Assembly (NCBI GenBank): GCA_965223415.1
Contig: OZ245002.1
Coordinates: 416,001 to 480,000 of the forward strand
Direction of reading: 5' to 3'
Source of the DNA: Myxococcota bacterium
GTDB lineage: Bacteria > Myxococcota_A > UBA9160 > UBA6930
DNA length: 64,000 nucleotides
The position numbers were made by a program, and so were the translations under genes. The notes below the pieces were generated by a model that saw nothing but the letters and a program-made list of their open reading frames with translations, searched no databases and was not told the DNA's origin. This document shows, one piece after another, positions 51,815 to 64,000 of this stretch (the stretch's first letter is position 1; the number at the start of each line of letters is the position of its first letter).

Positions 51815-53112
51815 GAGGCGTCCGGGTCCGAGCCAGTGCGGAAGCGCCCGACCATTCCGGTGAGATCGCCGGACAGCTCCGCGAGGGAAGCCGAGGCTTC
51901 GGTCATCTCGCCGACGGCCTCCTGCTGGCGATGGGCCAGCTCGGCCACCTCCTCCACCGCGGACGCGTTCGCCAGGGAGACCTTCGCCACCTCGTCCATC
52001 GACTCGACCATGGTCTCGGCGTCGCGGGCCTGGTCGTCGGCCTGCTGGAAGATCTCCTCGGCGCGGCCGGCGGCCTCCCCCACGGCGGAGCGGATCTGCT
52101 CCAGGGAGGCGGCGATCGTGTTCACGTCCTCGCGGCCCTCGGAGATCATCTGGCCGGATTCGCGCATCTCGTCGGCCACGCTCTGGGTATCGGTCTCGAT
52201 CTCGCCGACGAGCTTCGAGATCTCCTCCGCGCTGCGGGCGGCGCTCTCGGCGAGCTTGCGGATCTCGTCGGCGACCACCGCGAAGCCGCGCCCGGCCTCA
52301 CCGGCCCGCGCCGCCTCGATCGAGGCGTTCAGGGAGAGGAGGTTGGTGCGCGACGCCACGCTCGTGATGATCTCGGTGATCTGGTGCACGTGCCGGGTCT
52401 TGGCTTCGAGCTGGAAGACGTTGCCCCCCGAGTGCTCCACGCGCTCGAACACGCTGCGCATCTTCTCGATCGCGAGCCGGGACACGTCGACGCCGGCGTT
52501 GGCCTTCTGGTTCGCCTCGGCAGCGAAGCCGAAGGCCTCGCGCGCGCGTGAGGCGTTCACCTCGATGGCCGACGCGATGTGATGGATCAGGCGCGTCACG
52601 TCGCCGAGCAGCTTCTGCTGCTGGCTGGCGCCCTTGGAGATCTCGGACAGCGTGGAGGTCATGTCTTCGGCCGAGGTGTGAACGCCGTTCACGGCGCCGC
52701 GCAGGGTGTCGACGCCGCGATGCACCTGCTCGGCGTTGTGCTGGATGCCAGCCATCACCTCGCCGAGAGCGCGCACGGATTGCGCCATGTTGCGGGCGAG
52801 CTCGCTGCTCTCGTCCGGGAAACGGCCGGCGGGAACCTGGGGGAACTCGCGCAGATCCCCGGCGACGATGCGCTCGGACAGCTCCAGCACCGGACGGTAG
52901 CCGCCGGCGATGCGCGCCGAGAGGCGCCACGCCAGCACCCCGCCCGCTCCCAACGCGAGGAACGGACGCGCCCACGGCGCCATGGGAATGCCGCCCTGCT
53001 GGACCAGCCAGGGGATGAGCAGCACGACCCCCGCGACCAGCATCGAGCCGATCGCGACCTTGTGCGAGAGGGAGAGCCTCACACCCCCGGGTATCGGCCT
53101 CCCCGCGCGCAT
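51811..53112 (-). CDS. Methyl-accepting chemotaxis protein without a periplasmic sensor (DifA-like)
   Basis: Two closely spaced TMs, [38 protein letters not shown]. Confidence 0.93.
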   Translation of the reverse strand: MRAGRPIPGGVRLSLSHKVAIGSMLVAGVVLLIPWLVQQGGIPMAPWARPFLALGAGGVLAWRLSARIAGGYRPVLELSERIVAGDLREFPQVPAGRFPDESSELARNMAQSVRALGEVMAGIQHNAEQVHRGVDTLRGAVNGVHTSAEDMTSTLSEISKGASQQQKLLGDVTRLIHHIASAIEVNASRAREAFGFAAEANQKANAGVDVSRLAIEKMRSVFERVEHSGGNVFQLEAKTRHVHQITEIITSVASRTNLLSLNASIEAARAGEAGRGFAVVADEIRKLAESAARSAEEISKLVGEIETDTQSVADEMRESGQMISEGREDVNTIAASLEQIRSAVGEAAGRAEEIFQQADDQARDAETMVESMDEVAKVSLANASAVEEVAELAHRQQEAVGEMTEASASLAELSGDLTGMVGRFRTGSDPDAS

Positions 53113-53211
53113 TCTTGACGTGCCCCTGGCCCGAAAACCCCAGACGGATCGCGGCCCTTTCGCTTCTCGGGCCCCGTCGGACGGGCCCCCTTCGCACGGC
53201 GTCCGCTGGGA

Positions 53212-54153
53212 TCAGAAGTGCTGCCAGCCGGCGCGTTCCGGGTCGGGCCCGCGGGCGCCGACGAGCTCGAGGCCCCCTCGGGCGAGGACGCCGACCGGCG
53301 TCAGCGGCTCGCTCGCCCGCATCTCCGGCGGCAGCACGACGGGAGCGGAACCCCGCACGCTGAACAGGAGTTCGTAGTCCTCCCCGCCCCCGAGCAGGAG
53401 CGATTCCGCATCCACGCCAGCGCCCTTGCAGGCCCGGTCGAATCCGGCCGGGCGCGGCAGCGCCCCGACGTCGAGACGGGCGCCGGCGTCGGAGGCCCGG
53501 CACAGATGGGCGAGGTCAGCGAGCACGCCGTCCGAGACGTCGATGCAGGCGCTGACGCGCCCGGTCCAGGCCAGCGCGCGGCCCAGGGCGATGCGCGGCA
53601 CCGGCACGTGCTGCACCCGGCCCTGCACGCGCTCGAGGGCCGACCGGCCGAGGGTGCCGGAGACGTAGAGGCGATCGCCGGGACGACCGCCGGCCCGCCG
53701 CAGGGCCCGGCCGCGGGTCACGGCGCCGAGGGCGGTGAGGTGGAGCTCGAGGCCAGGGCCCGCCGCGACGTTGCCGCCGACGAGCGGACAGGCGTGCTCG
53801 GCCGCCACCTCCAGGGCGCCGCCCACCAGGGCGAGCAGCACCTCGACCTCCCGCTCTGGGGCGGCCGATAGCGAGAGGGTGAAGCCGAGCGGCCTGGCCC
53901 CCATCGCCGCCAGGTCCGAGAGGGTCGCGGCCAGGGCCCGCCCCCCGGCCGTGGCCGGCGTCTCGTGGTCGAAGCGGAAGTGCACGCCTTCGACGAAGGC
54001 ATCGGCCGTGACCGCCACGTCCTCGCCGGTCCTGGCTCGAAGCAGCGCCGCATCGTCGCCGATGCCCAGGGCCACCCCGCCCCCGCGGACGCGCCGGGCC
54101 TCGCGCTCGATGCGCTCGATCAGCCCGAACTCTCCCAGCTCCCGCAGCTCCAC
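53212..54153 (-). CDS. thiL: Thiamine-monophosphate kinase
   Basis: GEFGLI, GIGDDAA, LSDLAAMGA, IDVSDG, GGEDYELLF, GWQHF. Confidence 0.95.
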   Translation of the reverse strand: MELRELGEFGLIERIEREARRVRGGGVALGIGDDAALLRARTGEDVAVTADAFVEGVHFRFDHETPATAGGRALAATLSDLAAMGARPLGFTLSLSAAPEREVEVLLALVGGALEVAAEHACPLVGGNVAAGPGLELHLTALGAVTRGRALRRAGGRPGDRLYVSGTLGRSALERVQGRVQHVPVPRIALGRALAWTGRVSACIDVSDGVLADLAHLCRASDAGARLDVGALPRPAGFDRACKGAGVDAESLLLGGGEDYELLFSVRGSAPVVLPPEMRASEPLTPVGVLARGGLELVGARGPDPERAGWQHF

Positions 54154-54167
54154 CCCACGAGTGTAGG

Positions 54168-54240
54168 GCGAGACAAAGGGACGTTCCTTTCTGTCTCACG
54201 GCGGAGCCGTGAGACAGAAAGGAACGTCCCCTTGTCTCAC
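54168..54240. repeat. REP-like palindromic doublet, copy 3
   Basis: 32-mer with two substitutions at 54168-54199, 9-nt spacer, exact reverse-complement unit at 54209-54240; contains the lon stop codon. Confidence 0.9.
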
Positions 54241-56660
54241 TGTCGGCGCGGCTTGGCGGTGGCGACGCTGCTTCGGCTGGTGCGGGTGCTGCCCCGGGGC
54301 ACGCTGCGCTTGGGGCGGGAGAGCGTTCCGTCGAGGGCCGCCTCGAGCACGTCGTCCATGTGGCTGGCGCCGATGAAGCGGATCCGCTTCGCCAGCTCGC
54401 CGGGAACCTCCCTCACGTCCGCCAGGTTGCGCTCCGGGAGGATCACGGTGGTGATGCCCGCTCGAAGCGCCGCCAGCGCCTTCTCCCGGATGCCGCCGAC
54501 GGGCAGGACCTTGCCGAGGAGGGTCACCTCCCCGGTCATGGCCACGTCCGGACGCACCGGCACGCCGCTCGCGAGGGACACGATCGCGGTCGCCATGGTC
54601 ACGCCCGCCGAGGGTCCGTCCTTGGGGATCGCGCCGGCGGGGACGTGGACGTGCACCTCCCTGCGCTCCAGACAGGAGGCCTCGAGGCCCAGCTCGGTCA
54701 CCTTCGAGCGCGCCCAGGTGAGGGCCGCGTGTCCCGACTCCTTCATCACCTCTCCGAGCTGGCCGGTCAGCACGAGCCCGCGGCCGCGAGTCACCGCGGC
54801 TTCGACCCGCAGCACGTCGCCGCCGGCCTCGGTCCAGGCGAGGCCGTTCGTCACGCCGATCTCGCCTTCGTTGTGCGGCTCGTCCGGAGCGTGGCGCGGC
54901 GGCCCGAGGAGCTTCGGCAGCGAACGCTTGTCGATGCGCATCGGCCGCTCGTCGCCTTCCGCCGCCCGACGCGCCGCCTTGCGGCACACCCCGGCGATCT
55001 GGCGCTCGAGAGCGCGCACACCGGCCTCGTAGGTGTAGTCGGTGACGATCCGCGAGAGGGCCGAGTCGGACCAGTGGATGCGATCCGCGGGCAGGCCCGC
55101 GTCTTCCACCTGCCGCGGCACCAGATAGGAGCGCGCGATCTCGAGCTTCTCTTCGGGCGTGTAGCCGGACACCCGGATCACCTCCATGCGATCGCGCAGG
55201 GGACCGGGAATCGACTCGAGCAGGTTCGCCGTCGCCACGAAGAAGACGCCGGAGAGATCGAAGGGCACGTTCAGGTAGTGGTCGCTGAACTTGCTGTTCT
55301 GCTCCGGATCGAGCACCTCGAGCAGGGAGGAAGAGGGATCCCCGCGGTAGTCGTTACCGAGCTTGTCGATCTCGTCGAGCATGAAGACCGGGTTGTTGGT
55401 CCCGGCCTGCTTCAGCCCCTGGATGATGCGCCCGGGCAGCGCGCCCACGTAGGTGCGGCGGTGGCCACGGATCTCCGCCTCGTCGCGCACGCCGCCCAGG
55501 GAGATGCGCACGAACTCGCGCCCCATGGCTCGCGCGATCGATCGGCCGAGGGAGGTCTTGCCGACACCCGGCGGCCCCACGAAGCAGAGGATCGAGCCCC
55601 GCGAATCGGCCCGCAGCTTACGCACACCGAGGAACTCGAGGATCCGGTCCTTGATTCCCTTCAGGTGCGCGTGGTCGCAATCCAGGATCTCGCGGGCGTG
55701 GGAGAGATCGAGGCGATCCGGCGAGGTGCGGGACCAGGGCAGGTCCGTCATCCACTCCAGGTAGCTGCGCACGACCTGGGCCTCGGGCCCGTCCGGATGC
55801 ATGCGTTCGAAGCGGCGAAGCTGCTTCATCGCCTCGTCGAGAGGCTCCGGCGGGAGGGCCGCTTCCTCGATCTTGAGCCGGTACTCGGCCGCCTCCTCCA
55901 TGCGCGGGTCCACCTCGCCGAGCTCGGCCTGGATCGCCCGCAGCTGCTCGCGCAGGTAGTGCTCGCGCTGGCCGCGGCTGATCTCCTCCTTGGCCTGGCT
56001 CTGGATCTCGGCCTGCATGGTCGTGACGTCGAGCTCCCGGCGGAGCAGGCGGTCGACCTTGCGCAGCCGCGAGATCGGATCGACGACCTCCAGCACCTCC
56101 TGGGCCTCGCCCAAGCGGAGCTTGAGGTTCGAGGCGACGAGGTCCGCCAGGCGGCCGGGCTCGTAGACGTTCGAGGTGATCGAGAGCACCTCCGGCGGGA
56201 GGTTCTTCAGGGGCAGCAGCTCCTCGACCCGGGTGCGCACGGTGCGCATCAGCGCCTCGGCCTCCACGCACCAGTCGCCCTCGCCTTCTTCCGGCAGCGC
56301 GGACACGGCGGCCCAGGTCGCGGGCTCGCTGTCCACGAAGGAATCGATGCGCGCCTTGGTGAGCCCCTGGACCAGCGCCTTCACGCGGCCGTCGGGCAGG
56401 CGCAGGATGCGCATGACCATCGCGACGGTGCCCACGCGATAGAGATCGTCCGCGTCCGGGTCCTCCACCTCCGCGTTGCGCTGGGCGGCGAGGAGTACGA
56501 GACGGTCGCCCGCGAGCGCGTCCTCCACCGCGGCGATGCTGCGCTCGCGCGAGACGAAGAGCGGCAGCACCATGTACGGGAAAACCACGAACTCGCGGAG
56601 CGGCAGCACCGGGAGCTCGTCGGGAATCCCGAAGTCGAAGGAGGAGGTGTCGTTCGCCAT
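54237..56660 (-). CDS. lon: ATP-dependent protease La
   Basis: [41 protein letters not shown]. Confidence 0.98.
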   Translation of the reverse strand: MANDTSSFDFGIPDELPVLPLREFVVFPYMVLPLFVSRERSIAAVEDALAGDRLVLLAAQRNAEVEDPDADDLYRVGTVAMVMRILRLPDGRVKALVQGLTKARIDSFVDSEPATWAAVSALPEEGEGDWCVEAEALMRTVRTRVEELLPLKNLPPEVLSITSNVYEPGRLADLVASNLKLRLGEAQEVLEVVDPISRLRKVDRLLRRELDVTTMQAEIQSQAKEEISRGQREHYLREQLRAIQAELGEVDPRMEEAAEYRLKIEEAALPPEPLDEAMKQLRRFERMHPDGPEAQVVRSYLEWMTDLPWSRTSPDRLDLSHAREILDCDHAHLKGIKDRILEFLGVRKLRADSRGSILCFVGPPGVGKTSLGRSIARAMGREFVRISLGGVRDEAEIRGHRRTYVGALPGRIIQGLKQAGTNNPVFMLDEIDKLGNDYRGDPSSSLLEVLDPEQNSKFSDHYLNVPFDLSGVFFVATANLLESIPGPLRDRMEVIRVSGYTPEEKLEIARSYLVPRQVEDAGLPADRIHWSDSALSRIVTDYTYEAGVRALERQIAGVCRKAARRAAEGDERPMRIDKRSLPKLLGPPRHAPDEPHNEGEIGVTNGLAWTEAGGDVLRVEAAVTRGRGLVLTGQLGEVMKESGHAALTWARSKVTELGLEASCLERREVHVHVPAGAIPKDGPSAGVTMATAIVSLASGVPVRPDVAMTGEVTLLGKVLPVGGIREKALAALRAGITTVILPERNLADVREVPGELAKRIRFIGASHMDDVLEAALDGTLSRPKRSVPRGSTRTSRSSVATAKPRRQ

Positions 56661-56692
56661 CCCGAAGCGTTTCGACCCTTCGGGGAACGCGC

Positions 56693-58870
56693 TTAAGCCG
56701 CCGGCTCCCTCGAAGACGCAGCGGGCGGCTCGCCTTTCGCCGGCTCCACCTCACGCATGCGCAAGTAGGGCGCAACACCGTTCTCGTCGACGGAGATGAT
56801 CTCCCCGCGGTCGACCCCGAGGAGCTGCGGACGCCGCACCGCCTGCCCCTCGGGCCCCATCGACAGCACGCCGGAAGCGCCCACCACCCGCTTGGCGCGA
56901 AGGACGCCGTGGAGGACCGCGTCCCGCCCGAGAGATCCACGGGCGACCTGCAGCGAGACGAGATGAGCGGCATCGAAGCCCTGGGCGGCGAGGAAGGTGG
57001 GCTGCGCGTCGAAGGTGCCCTGGTAGCGGCGCGTGAACTCGGCCACGAAAGGATGGCGACTCCCGGCGAAGAACGGCGCAGTGAAGACCGCACCGTTCAC
57101 GTGGGTGCCGCCGATCGTCACCAGGTCGGGGTGGTTCCAGCCCGCGGTCCCGAGGAGCCGGACCCCACGCACCTCGTGGAACGCCAGGTGGGGCGCCAGG
57201 AGCGCCACGTTCTCATGGGCGTCGGGAATGAAGAGCGCGTCGAAGTCGACGAAGGGCGGCAGCGGAGCCCCGCCGGAGGAGGTGAGGGTACGCGCCTTCT
57301 TGCGCAGCTCCGCGGCCCGTTCCGGGGGCAGCCGCTTGGCCCGCTTCTCGAGCCGGGCCCGCTCGACCAGGGCTCGCTCCTGGCTCCGGGTCAAGAACTC
57401 GAAGCCGATCAGGCGACGGATGGGATCGCGGAAGTCGGTGGCGTCCGAGGCGTAGCGGGCGACGCCCACCACCTGACCGCCCCGCTCCTCGATCGCGTCC
57501 CAGAAGCTGGCCCGCAGGGCCCGGCCGTAGGCATCGTCGGGATAGAGGATGGCGAAGCGTCGCAGACCCAGGTCGCCGGCGGCGAACTCCGCCAGCACCT
57601 CCGCCTCCAGGCGCGGCGTGGACCCCATCCGCAGCACGTAGCGGCCGAGCTCGGCCACCGACTCCCGGCGGGTCAGGGTGAGCAACGGCAGGCCGTGATC
57701 CTCGGCGACCGGTGCGGCGGCCTCGGCGGCGGAGGCCAGGAGCGGCCCGATGCAGGCGATCACCTGGGGATCGGCAGCCAGCTCCGCCACCGCGGCGGCG
57801 GCACGCACGGGATCGCCCCCGCTGTCCCGCACCTCCAGCCGTAGCGCCGAGGGCGCGCTGCGGCTCGCGTCGAAGAGGCCGGCGGCGAGGAGCACGCCCT
57901 GGAGCGTCTCCTGACCGAAGGCCGCGTAGGGCCCGGAGAGCGGCAGGACGACGCCGAGGGTCGCGGCCTCGGCGGGAAGCGCCCAGCTGCCGGCCCCGTC
58001 GGCATCCCTCCAGCCGGGGAGATCGAGGCGACCCCCACCCGGCCGGGAGAGGCGTTCCTTCAGGTGGGCCAGGCGACCCGCTTCGGAGGGGCTCAGCGGC
58101 AGCCGCTCGGCCCGTGCGAGGGCCGCGAGGGCGGCGGGCCCATCGCCCTCGCCGAGGGCGCGCTCGGCCCGGTGGAGCCAGAGCCGCCCGGCGGGCAGCC
58201 GCCGCCCGAGGCCCGCCGCGATGCGCTCGAGGGCCGGACCGTCGAGCCCGGCCATCACCTCGTCCATGCGCGACTCGACCGGGGCCATGTCCCCGGGATC
58301 ATCCTGGTCGGCGCGCACCCGGCCGAGCCAGCGGAGCTCCTCGCCGGCATCGCCCTGGGCATGCGCCACGGCAGCCCGCAGGCGGTGGGCGCTGCGCCGC
58401 CGCTCGGCGTCCAGCAAGGCGATGCGGATGAGCTCGGCGTTGCCGGCGGCGGCCTCCACTTCACCGGCGTCGAGCTGGAGCCCCGCCAGCTCGAGCCGCA
58501 CCGCATCGCTCTTGTCGCCGCGAGGGTGGCGCGCCAGGGCCCACTCCAGGTGCCGCCGGGCCTCGGGCGCCTGACCCGCGGCGAGGGCGAGCTCGGCCAG
58601 GCGCAGGGCGGCGTCGTCGGCGTACAGGCTCGTCGGATGCGCCTGGAGGAAGGAGGCGAGGGCCGCGCGACCGGCCGGCGGGTCGACGGCGAGCAGACTC
58701 AGCGCGTCCGTGTAGGCGGCCCGCGCGAGTCCGCCGCCCGGCAGCCCCGACTGGCAGCCGGCGAAGAGCAGCGCAGCGAACAGGACGGCACGACCGAGGC
58801 CGGTTCCGGAAGGGGCACGACCGAGGCCGGTTCCGGAAGGGGCACGACCGAGGCCGGCGGCGCGCCTCAA
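56693..58870 (-). CDS. LpoA/LppC-like lipoprotein (TPR-like region + periplasmic binding protein fold)
   Basis: Lipobox LFAGC, helical repeats, [34 protein letters not shown] overlap with the dnaJ stop. Confidence 0.82.
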   Translation of the reverse strand: MRRAAGLGRAPSGTGLGRAPSGTGLGRAVLFAALLFAGCQSGLPGGGLARAAYTDALSLLAVDPPAGRAALASFLQAHPTSLYADDAALRLAELALAAGQAPEARRHLEWALARHPRGDKSDAVRLELAGLQLDAGEVEAAAGNAELIRIALLDAERRRSAHRLRAAVAHAQGDAGEELRWLGRVRADQDDPGDMAPVESRMDEVMAGLDGPALERIAAGLGRRLPAGRLWLHRAERALGEGDGPAALAALARAERLPLSPSEAGRLAHLKERLSRPGGGRLDLPGWRDADGAGSWALPAEAATLGVVLPLSGPYAAFGQETLQGVLLAAGLFDASRSAPSALRLEVRDSGGDPVRAAAAVAELAADPQVIACIGPLLASAAEAAAPVAEDHGLPLLTLTRRESVAELGRYVLRMGSTPRLEAEVLAEFAAGDLGLRRFAILYPDDAYGRALRASFWDAIEERGGQVVGVARYASDATDFRDPIRRLIGFEFLTRSQERALVERARLEKRAKRLPPERAAELRKKARTLTSSGGAPLPPFVDFDALFIPDAHENVALLAPHLAFHEVRGVRLLGTAGWNHPDLVTIGGTHVNGAVFTAPFFAGSRHPFVAEFTRRYQGTFDAQPTFLAAQGFDAAHLVSLQVARGSLGRDAVLHGVLRAKRVVGASGVLSMGPEGQAVRRPQLLGVDRGEIISVDENGVAPYLRMREVEPAKGEPPAASSREPAA
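58787..58857. repeat. In-frame 27-bp tandem repeat (about 2.6 copies)
   Basis: GGCACGACCGAGGCCGGTTCCGGAAGG starting at 58787, 58814 and 58841 (partial); encodes GLGRAPSGT. Confidence 0.9.
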
Positions 58871-59982
58871 TCGAAGAGGTCCCGCAGCTTGTCGAGGAAG
58901 CCCTTCGTCACCGGCGAGGCCTCGGTGCCCGTCTCCTCGGCGAACTGCTCGAGCAGCTCGCGCTGGCGTCCGGTGAGCTTCGTCGGCACCTCGACGAACA
59001 CCCGCACGAGCTGGTCGCCGCGGCCGGCGCCGTTCAGGGAAGGCACGCCCTTGCCGCGCAGCCGCAGGATCTTCCCCGGCTGGGTGCCCTCGGGAATTCG
59101 CATCTTCACCTTGCCCTCGAGGGTGGGAACCTCCACCTCGGTGCCGAGGGCGGCGTGGACGAACGGAACGGGGACCTCGCAGTGGAGATCCGGACCGTCG
59201 CGCTCGAAGAAGGGATGGGACTTCAGGTGCATCACCACGTACAGGTCGCCGGGCGGGCCGCCGGAAATACCCGCCTCCCCCTCCCCGCCCACGCGCAGGC
59301 GCATGCCGTCCTCGATGCCCGCGGGCACGCGCACCTTGATCGACTTCTGGCCTTCCGTCCGCCCGCTGCCCCGGCACCCGCCGCACGGGTCCCGCACCAC
59401 GAAGCCCTCGCCCGCGCAGGCCTCGCAGGGACGGCTGATACGGAAGAGGCCCTGCTGGAAGATCGCCTGCCCCGTTCCCTGGCAGCGCCCGCAGCGCTCG
59501 GGCTGGGAGCCCTCGCGGGCGCCGGAGCCGCCGCAGGTGCCACAGGGCATCATCTTCGGCAGGTCGAGGGAGATCTCCTTGCCCTCGAGCACGTCGGCCA
59601 GGTCGATCTCCAGGTTGTAGCGGAGGTCGGCGCCGCGCTGACCGCGGGTGCGACCGCCGCGGCCGCCCATGCGGCCGCCGAAGAGATCCCCGAACAGGTC
59701 GCTGAACAGGTCGCCGAAGTCCTGGAAGCCGCCGGGAAAGCCGCCGGGACCGCCGGCGCCGACGCCCTGGTGCCCGAACTGGTCGTACTGCCCCCGCTTC
59801 TCCGCATCCGAGAGCACCGCGTAGGCCTCGGACGCCTCCTTGAAGCGCTCCTCCGCCTCGGCGTCGTCCGGATTGCGGTCCGGATGGTTCTCGAGCGCCA
59901 GCTTGCGGTACGCCGCCTTCAGATCGTCGTCCGAGGCGGTGCGGGCCACCCCCAGCACCTCGTAGTAGTCACGCTTGGCCAT
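58867..59982 (-). CDS. dnaJ: Chaperone DnaJ
   Basis: [14 protein letters not shown] region, four CxxCxGxG repeats. Confidence 0.98.
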   Translation of the reverse strand: MAKRDYYEVLGVARTASDDDLKAAYRKLALENHPDRNPDDAEAEERFKEASEAYAVLSDAEKRGQYDQFGHQGVGAGGPGGFPGGFQDFGDLFSDLFGDLFGGRMGGRGGRTRGQRGADLRYNLEIDLADVLEGKEISLDLPKMMPCGTCGGSGAREGSQPERCGRCQGTGQAIFQQGLFRISRPCEACAGEGFVVRDPCGGCRGSGRTEGQKSIKVRVPAGIEDGMRLRVGGEGEAGISGGPPGDLYVVMHLKSHPFFERDGPDLHCEVPVPFVHAALGTEVEVPTLEGKVKMRIPEGTQPGKILRLRGKGVPSLNGAGRGDQLVRVFVEVPTKLTGRQRELLEQFAEETGTEASPVTKGFLDKLRDLFD

Positions 59983-59994
59983 GCGAGGGGGGAA

Positions 59995-60022
59995 AGATGG
60001 GGCCTGGGGCGGGAAGGTCAAG
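59995..60022 (-). promoter_or_regulatory. Sigma32-like promoter upstream of dnaJ
   Basis: CTTGAC-N14-CCCCATCT. Confidence 0.5.
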
Positions 60023-60039
60023 CGGGGCCCCTCGGGGAG

Positions 60040-60576
60040 GGGGCCGCTTCGCTTCTGCGAGCGGGATCGCGGGGCGGCCGGGGGGCCCGGCGCTCCATGG
60101 CTCGCTGCGGCCTTCGAACGCGCGCGGACGGCGGGTGCGCGACCCGGGCCGCCCTGGGCGCGTACTCGAAGGCCTTGCTGCGCTTGACTTCCGCGCCGGG
60201 CCCACCGGCCGCCCCGCGATCCGTTCGGGGTGGATTCGGGTCCCGGCAACGTGCAGGGGGTGGGGAAGGAAAGGGGGGGAGGTGCGCGAACGTGGGTCCT
60301 GCCTCGATGCGCCGAGACGGCTCCACCCATTCATCAGAAAGGAATCGGCGTCCATCCGTGCGGGGGACGCGCGCCGGGTGCGGGTGCAGGCCGGGCGGAA
60401 ATCAAGCGCAGGCAGGCACAATGATCGTCGTGCGCACAGGTTGCCGCCGGCGAAGCCGGAAGCGGCGACCCCGCCATGCGACACCGTACGCGGCCGGCCC
60501 CCCGGCCGAGCCATTCCGCCCGGCCTGCACCCGCACCCGGCGACTCCGCATCCCGCGAAAGGAGCGAAGCGGCCCC
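60040..60576. repeat. Non-coding nested inverted-repeat element (MITE/REP-mosaic-like)
   Basis: Terminal IR GGGGCCGCTTCGCT; internal IR pairs 60064-60093/60193-60222 (29/30) and 60372-60400/60514-60542 (29/29). Confidence 0.75.
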
Positions 60577-60587
60577 AAGCCGTATCC

Positions 60588-62417
<1,830 letters not shown>

Positions 62418-62459
62418 CGAACGCCGGCCCTCCGTGGCAGGCCCGCGTCCGGCGCCCGC

Positions 62460-63173
62460 CTAGCCTTCGGTCTCGTCCTCGGGCTTTTCGGCCATCCCGC
62501 CCTCGGGCTTTCGCGAAACCACGACCCGGGCCGGCCGGAGCAGGCGGTCCCGGAGCTGGTAGCCGCCCTGGAGCACCTGCATCACCGTGCCCGACGACGC
62601 CTCGTCGCTCTCGACCTGGGCCATCGCCTCGTGGACGTTGGGGTCGAACGGCTGGCCAAGGGCCTCGACCGGCGTGACCGCGTGGTGAGCCAGCACCCCG
62701 AGGAGCTCCCGCCGCACCAGCTCCACGCCCTGCAACATGCTCTCGAAGTCCCCGGATTCGCTCTGCTTTGCGTGATCTATGGCCCGATCGAGGTTGTCCA
62801 CCGTCGCCAGCAGATCCCGGGCCAGGCCCTCGTGGCCGTAGCTGTGGGCGTCCTGCCGCTCCTTCAGGGCGCGCTTGCGGTGGTTGTCGAAGTCGGCCTG
62901 CAGGCGCAGGGCGCGCTCCTTGAGGGAGTCGATCTCCTGCTTCGCCTGCTCGAGCTCCTCGAGCACCCGCTCGTGGGTCTCCCGGGGCACGGCCACGACG
63001 GCGCCGCCGCCCTTGGGCTTCTTGCGGGCCTCCTCCCGGGCCTCCACCGCCTCGGCCGCCTCGCGGAGGGCCTCCTCCAGCTCGGCGCTGGGCGCGATGG
63101 TGCCCTCGCTGGGCTCCTCGGCGAGGGCCTCCCAGCCCTCGGTCCGGTCCGAATCGTTGCCGCCCTGGTTCAT
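62460..63173 (-). CDS. grpE: Nucleotide exchange factor GrpE
   Basis: [45 protein letters not shown]. Confidence 0.97.
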   Translation of the reverse strand: MNQGGNDSDRTEGWEALAEEPSEGTIAPSAELEEALREAAEAVEAREEARKKPKGGGAVVAVPRETHERVLEELEQAKQEIDSLKERALRLQADFDNHRKRALKERQDAHSYGHEGLARDLLATVDNLDRAIDHAKQSESGDFESMLQGVELVRRELLGVLAHHAVTPVEALGQPFDPNVHEAMAQVESDEASSGTVMQVLQGGYQLRDRLLRPARVVVSRKPEGGMAEKPEDETEG

Positions 63174-64000
63174 GAGGCTCCCACCCAATCGGTCGCGAGA
63201 CGCGACACACAATCCACGAGGGGCACGACCCGTGCGTAGTCGAGGCGGCTCGGGCCGATCACGCCGAGCGTGCTGCGATGGGCGCCGCAGCCGTAGGGCG
63301 CAGCGACGACGACGCAGCCCTCCAGGGCCTCTTCGCCGGTATCGTCGCCGAACACGATGGTCACCCCTTCCTCGCCGAGCATCCGGTCGATCAGCTCGAC
63401 CAGACGCTCGTTCTCCTCGAGGGCAGCGTGCAGCGCCCGCACGCGCCGGGCGTCCTGGAACTCGGGCTGCTCCAGCAGCGCGAGCCAGGTGGCGACGAGG
63501 AGCTCGTTCTCCTCCTCGGTCCCGGAGGCCGCGCGGCCCAGCCGCAAGGCGTTCTCGAGCAGCACGTCCGCCTCGCTGCGCAGGTCGTCCGCCTCCCGCA
63601 GGAGCCGGCGGCGCAGGGAGGGAAGGGTCTCGCCCACGAGCCGCTCGTTCAGGCTGGCCGCCAGCTGATCGAGGTGGGCCTGGTCGCCGCGGCCGATCCG
63701 CTCGACGACTCGTTGATAGGCCGCCCCGTCGCGCGAGACGAGCACGCACATCACGCGCTCCGTCGAGACCCGGACGAAGCTCACGTGCTGCATCACGGCG
63801 CGGTCGAGGCGGGGCGCCAGCACGAAGCCCAGCTGGCGGGTGCGCTCCGAGAGCAGGCGCGAGATGCCCGTCGCCAGCCCGGGAGCGACCTCGGTCTCGA
63901 GCTGCCCCGCCACGTCCCGGGCCTCGTAGGGTCCGAGCTCCCGGGGCGCGAGCAGCTGGTCCACGTACACGCGGAAGCCGTCGAGGGTGGGCAAGCTGCC
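63170..64000 (-). CDS. hrcA: Heat-inducible transcription repressor HrcA (5' end outside window)
   Basis: [31 protein letters not shown] overlap with grpE. Confidence 0.9.
   Translation of the reverse strand, partial: GSLPTLDGFRVYVDQLLAPRELGPYEARDVAGQLETEVAPGLATGISRLLSERTRQLGFVLAPRLDRAVMQHVSFVRVSTERVMCVLVSRDGAAYQRVVERIGRGDQAHLDQLAASLNERLVGETLPSLRRRLLREADDLRSEADVLLENALRLGRAASGTEEENELLVATWLALLEQPEFQDARRVRALHAALEENERLVELIDRMLGEEGVTIVFGDDTGEEALEGCVVVAAPYGCGAHRSTLGVIGPSRLDYARVVPLVDCVSRLATDWVGAS

Noticed and set aside
58787..58857. 27-bp repeats as CRISPR
   Set aside because: Head-to-tail with no spacers, and in frame within a CDS.
62478..62516. Short AAAGCCCGAGG duplication at the grpE 3' end
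   Set aside because: Trivial repeat in a disordered C-terminal tail.

Overview
GC-rich bacterial chromosomal segment, most consistent with a Myxococcota-like deltaproteobacterium (inferred from gene content). It is mostly housekeeping genes: polA, cysK, truD, rnhB, lpxD, a gmhA-to-hemB heme operon, trxA, mreBCD-mrdA-rodA, an RpoD-like sigma, folE, lexA, groESL, larBC, thiL, lon, dnaJ-dnaK-grpE-hrcA. It also has one IS element and a Dif-like chemosensory operon. The two strongest signals are (1) cheA split by what looks like a programmed -1 ribosomal frameshift cassette (SD-like GGAG, C_CCA_AAA_AAA slippery run, 8-nt spacer, hairpin), which would yield both a free Hpt protein and full-length CheA, and (2) a 70-aa archaeal-like histone-fold gene. 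Other observations: three copies of a 32-bp palindromic REP-like doublet, a ~540-bp nested inverted-repeat element between dnaK and dnaJ, recurring gene-junction duplications that create tiny linker ORFs, a candidate LexA operator, a CIRCE box and many apparently leaderless genes. I recognised no rRNA, tRNA or CRISPR array. All calls are by eye from sequence and motifs; no searches were run.
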